From positions 22,133-86,132 of the forward strand of contig CAZQGS010000026.1 in NCBI GenBank assembly GCA_964593235.1: a stretch of DNA of 64,000 nt. Direction: 5' to 3'. How positions within the stretch are numbered: the first letter of the stretch is position 1; every line of letters begins with the position of its first letter. Made by a program: the position numbers and the translations under genes. The DNA is from an uncultured Gemmatimonadota bacterium. Lineage in GTDB: Bacteria; JAAXHH01. Positions 62,116-64,000 of this stretch are shown here, in pieces. The notes under the pieces were generated by a model. That model saw only the letters and a program-made list of their open reading frames with translations, was not told where the DNA came from and did no database searches.

Positions 62116-64000
62116 TTGAGTAACTTAAGATCTTTACTGTTTTTAGTATTTTTTGTGGCATTAGCGATGTGGATCGCTAGTGGCTTCTGGGCGAATATTT
62201 TTGTAGAGGCACTTTGGTTTGATCAATTAGGTTTCAATGATGTTTTCTGGACTACTATTAGTGCGAAGTTTTTCACTGGTTTAGTGTTCGGTCTGACGGC
62301 TATGATTGGTCTGGGTGTTAATGTCTACCTAGCGCGTTATTTTGCCTCCCGGCTAACCGAAGTACATTTAGCCAATGAAGAGATGTCAGAATTAGAGCAG
62401 CTATTTTCTTCATCCAAAGTAATAGGGATTGTAACGATTATAGGGGTATTGGTTTTATCTGCTATCATGGGTTTAATTGGATTAGCAAACTGGGATGGCA
62501 TACTCCGGTATTTTAGCCAGGAGCCTTTTGGAGCTACGGACCCCATATTCAATTTAGACATCGGATTTTTTGTTTTCTCTTTACCTATATTACATTTTGT
62601 AAGGTTCTGGTTACTGCTACTGGTAGTAGCTTCAGCGATTGCAATAACCCTCTACTATCTCTATCGCGGAGCTATAACAATTGAGGAGCGTGGTGTCCAG
62701 ATACGGTCGTACGCCCGTAATCACATATGCATTTTAGGAGCTATTGTATTTGTGCTGATGGCCTGGGGTTATCGACTGGATATGTACCGATTACTATATT
62801 CCGAATCTGGGTTTGCGTTTGGGGCAGGGTACACTGACCTACATGCTCGGATGACTTCTCTCTGGATCCTTTTATTTGTGGCTTTGGCAGTTGCTGTCCT
62901 ATTCGTAATCACCTTGTACTCCAGGCGTCGCAATCTACCATTTATAGGGATAGGTGGAATGATTGCTTCATCTATTCTTGTCGGATCTTTGTATCCAGGT
63001 GTTGTTCAGTACTTCATAGTAGCTCCTAACGAATTCGATCGAGAGGCACCCTATATTCAACATAATATCGATCATACCTTAAAAGGTTATGGATTAGATA
63101 ATGTTAATCAGGTCCCTTTTCAAATCAAAGAAACCCTTACTGCAGATGATATTCAAGCTAATATAACAACAATAAATAATCTAAAGATACAAGACAAACG
63201 TCCATTACGTAGAACCTACCAGCAACTTCAGGAGATTCGTACCTATTACGATTTTTCTAATGTAGACGAAGATAGGTATATTATTGATGGACAATACCGT
63301 CAGGTTATGTTGGCAGCTCGAGAGTTGTCTTATAATCAGATACCTTCACCCACCTGGCAAAACCGACATCTTTTCTATACACATGGCTATGGTTTATGCC
63401 TTAGTCCAGTAAATACATCTACTCCAGAGGGATTACCAGATCTCTATGTCAAGGACATCCCACCAGTTTCTATCAGTGAGGATTTGGTTGTGCATCGTCC
63501 TGAGTTGTACTTCGGTGAGAAGATGGATGCTTATGCTGTTGTAAAGACGACTCAAGAGGAATTTGACTATCCTGAGGGAGACCAAAACAAGTTTAGTCGG
63601 TACGAGGGGGATGGTGGCGTAGAACTTAGTTCGTATTTTCGTCGCCTTGCCTTTGCACGTTATTTCAGTGAAGCTAATTTTGTTATTAGTCCACTGATTT
63701 CTAGTGAAAGCCAGGTGATGTTTCATCGCCGTATCTTAAGTCGAGTGGAAAATATTGCTCCTTTTCTTGACTATGATCACGATCCATACTTAGTCATAGC
63801 AGATGGTAAGTTATACTGGATGATTGATGCATATACGACAACAGGATCTTATCCCTACTCTCAGCGTTTCAGTGGGTTGTTACAAATGCCAGATCAGGGA
63901 GATTTGGGTAGTGGGGCACAGGCAGATATCCCGGGACTTAATCAACCACCGCAAAGGCGGTTTGTCCAAGACCAGCCTACGCTCCAACAGATAAATTATA
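62116..64000 (+). CDS. UPF0182-like large polytopic membrane protein, N-terminal 628 codons (TTG start; continues beyond window)
   Basis: The open frame from TTG 62116 (AAGAGGAG RBS 62101-62108) runs to the window end without a stop. Seven hydrophobic helices in the first ~300 aa, then a large soluble domain (...YYDFSNVDEDRYIIDGQYRQVMLAARE...). Confidence 0.5.
   Translation, partial: MSNLRSLLFLVFFVALAMWIASGFWANIFVEALWFDQLGFNDVFWTTISAKFFTGLVFGLTAMIGLGVNVYLARYFASRLTEVHLANEEMSELEQLFSSSKVIGIVTIIGVLVLSAIMGLIGLANWDGILRYFSQEPFGATDPIFNLDIGFFVFSLPILHFVRFWLLLLVVASAIAITLYYLYRGAITIEERGVQIRSYARNHICILGAIVFVLMAWGYRLDMYRLLYSESGFAFGAGYTDLHARMTSLWILLFVALAVAVLFVITLYSRRRNLPFIGIGGMIASSILVGSLYPGVVQYFIVAPNEFDREAPYIQHNIDHTLKGYGLDNVNQVPFQIKETLTADDIQANITTINNLKIQDKRPLRRTYQQLQEIRTYYDFSNVDEDRYIIDGQYRQVMLAARELSYNQIPSPTWQNRHLFYTHGYGLCLSPVNTSTPEGLPDLYVKDIPPVSISEDLVVHRPELYFGEKMDAYAVVKTTQEEFDYPEGDQNKFSRYEGDGGVELSSYFRRLAFARYFSEANFVISPLISSESQVMFHRRILSRVENIAPFLDYDHDPYLVIADGKLYWMIDAYTTTGSYPYSQRFSGLLQMPDQGDLGSGAQADIPGLNQPPQRRFVQDQPTLQQINY

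Overview
Origin-proximal bacterial chromosome segment, apparently from a diderm organism (signal peptides and a beta-barrel-like protein are present). Gene density is high on both strands and there are no rRNA, tRNA, CRISPR or obvious mobile elements. The layout is: recF(partial)-DUF721/DciA-gyrB-gyrA; then a complete LysW amino-group-carrier-protein biosynthetic operon (lysW, two tandem LysX/ArgX ATP-grasp ligases, lysY, an embedded hisS, lysZ, lysJ, lysK). The 54-aa lysW is absent from the ORF track; it has its own promoter and is followed by a 25-codon His/Lys-rich mini-ORF and a strong intrinsic terminator. Next come a convergent VWA(CoxE-like)/MoxR(CoxD-like) pair and a variant System I cytochrome c maturation locus: a CcmE carrying the Cys-type CXXXY haem-binding motif, two uncharacterised membrane/zinc-ribbon genes, then ccmABC and a TTG-started ccmD missed by the ORF track. 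After that: trmJ-like, truA, ecfT, secreted proteins of unknown function, thrC, acnA, gap, and a lexA-imuA-imuB-dnaE2 SOS mutagenesis cassette with candidate operators. The candidate novel system is a pair of paralogous ABC exporters, each with an N-terminal bPH-like domain plus CxxC..CxxC zinc ribbon, translationally coupled to a 182-aa soluble protein. The remainder is a PhyH-GH32-PhyH islet, a eukaryote-type class I aldolase/FGGY kinase/transketolase carbohydrate block, murD, and a UPF0182-like membrane protein running off the 3' end. All calls are from reading the translations; no database search was possible.
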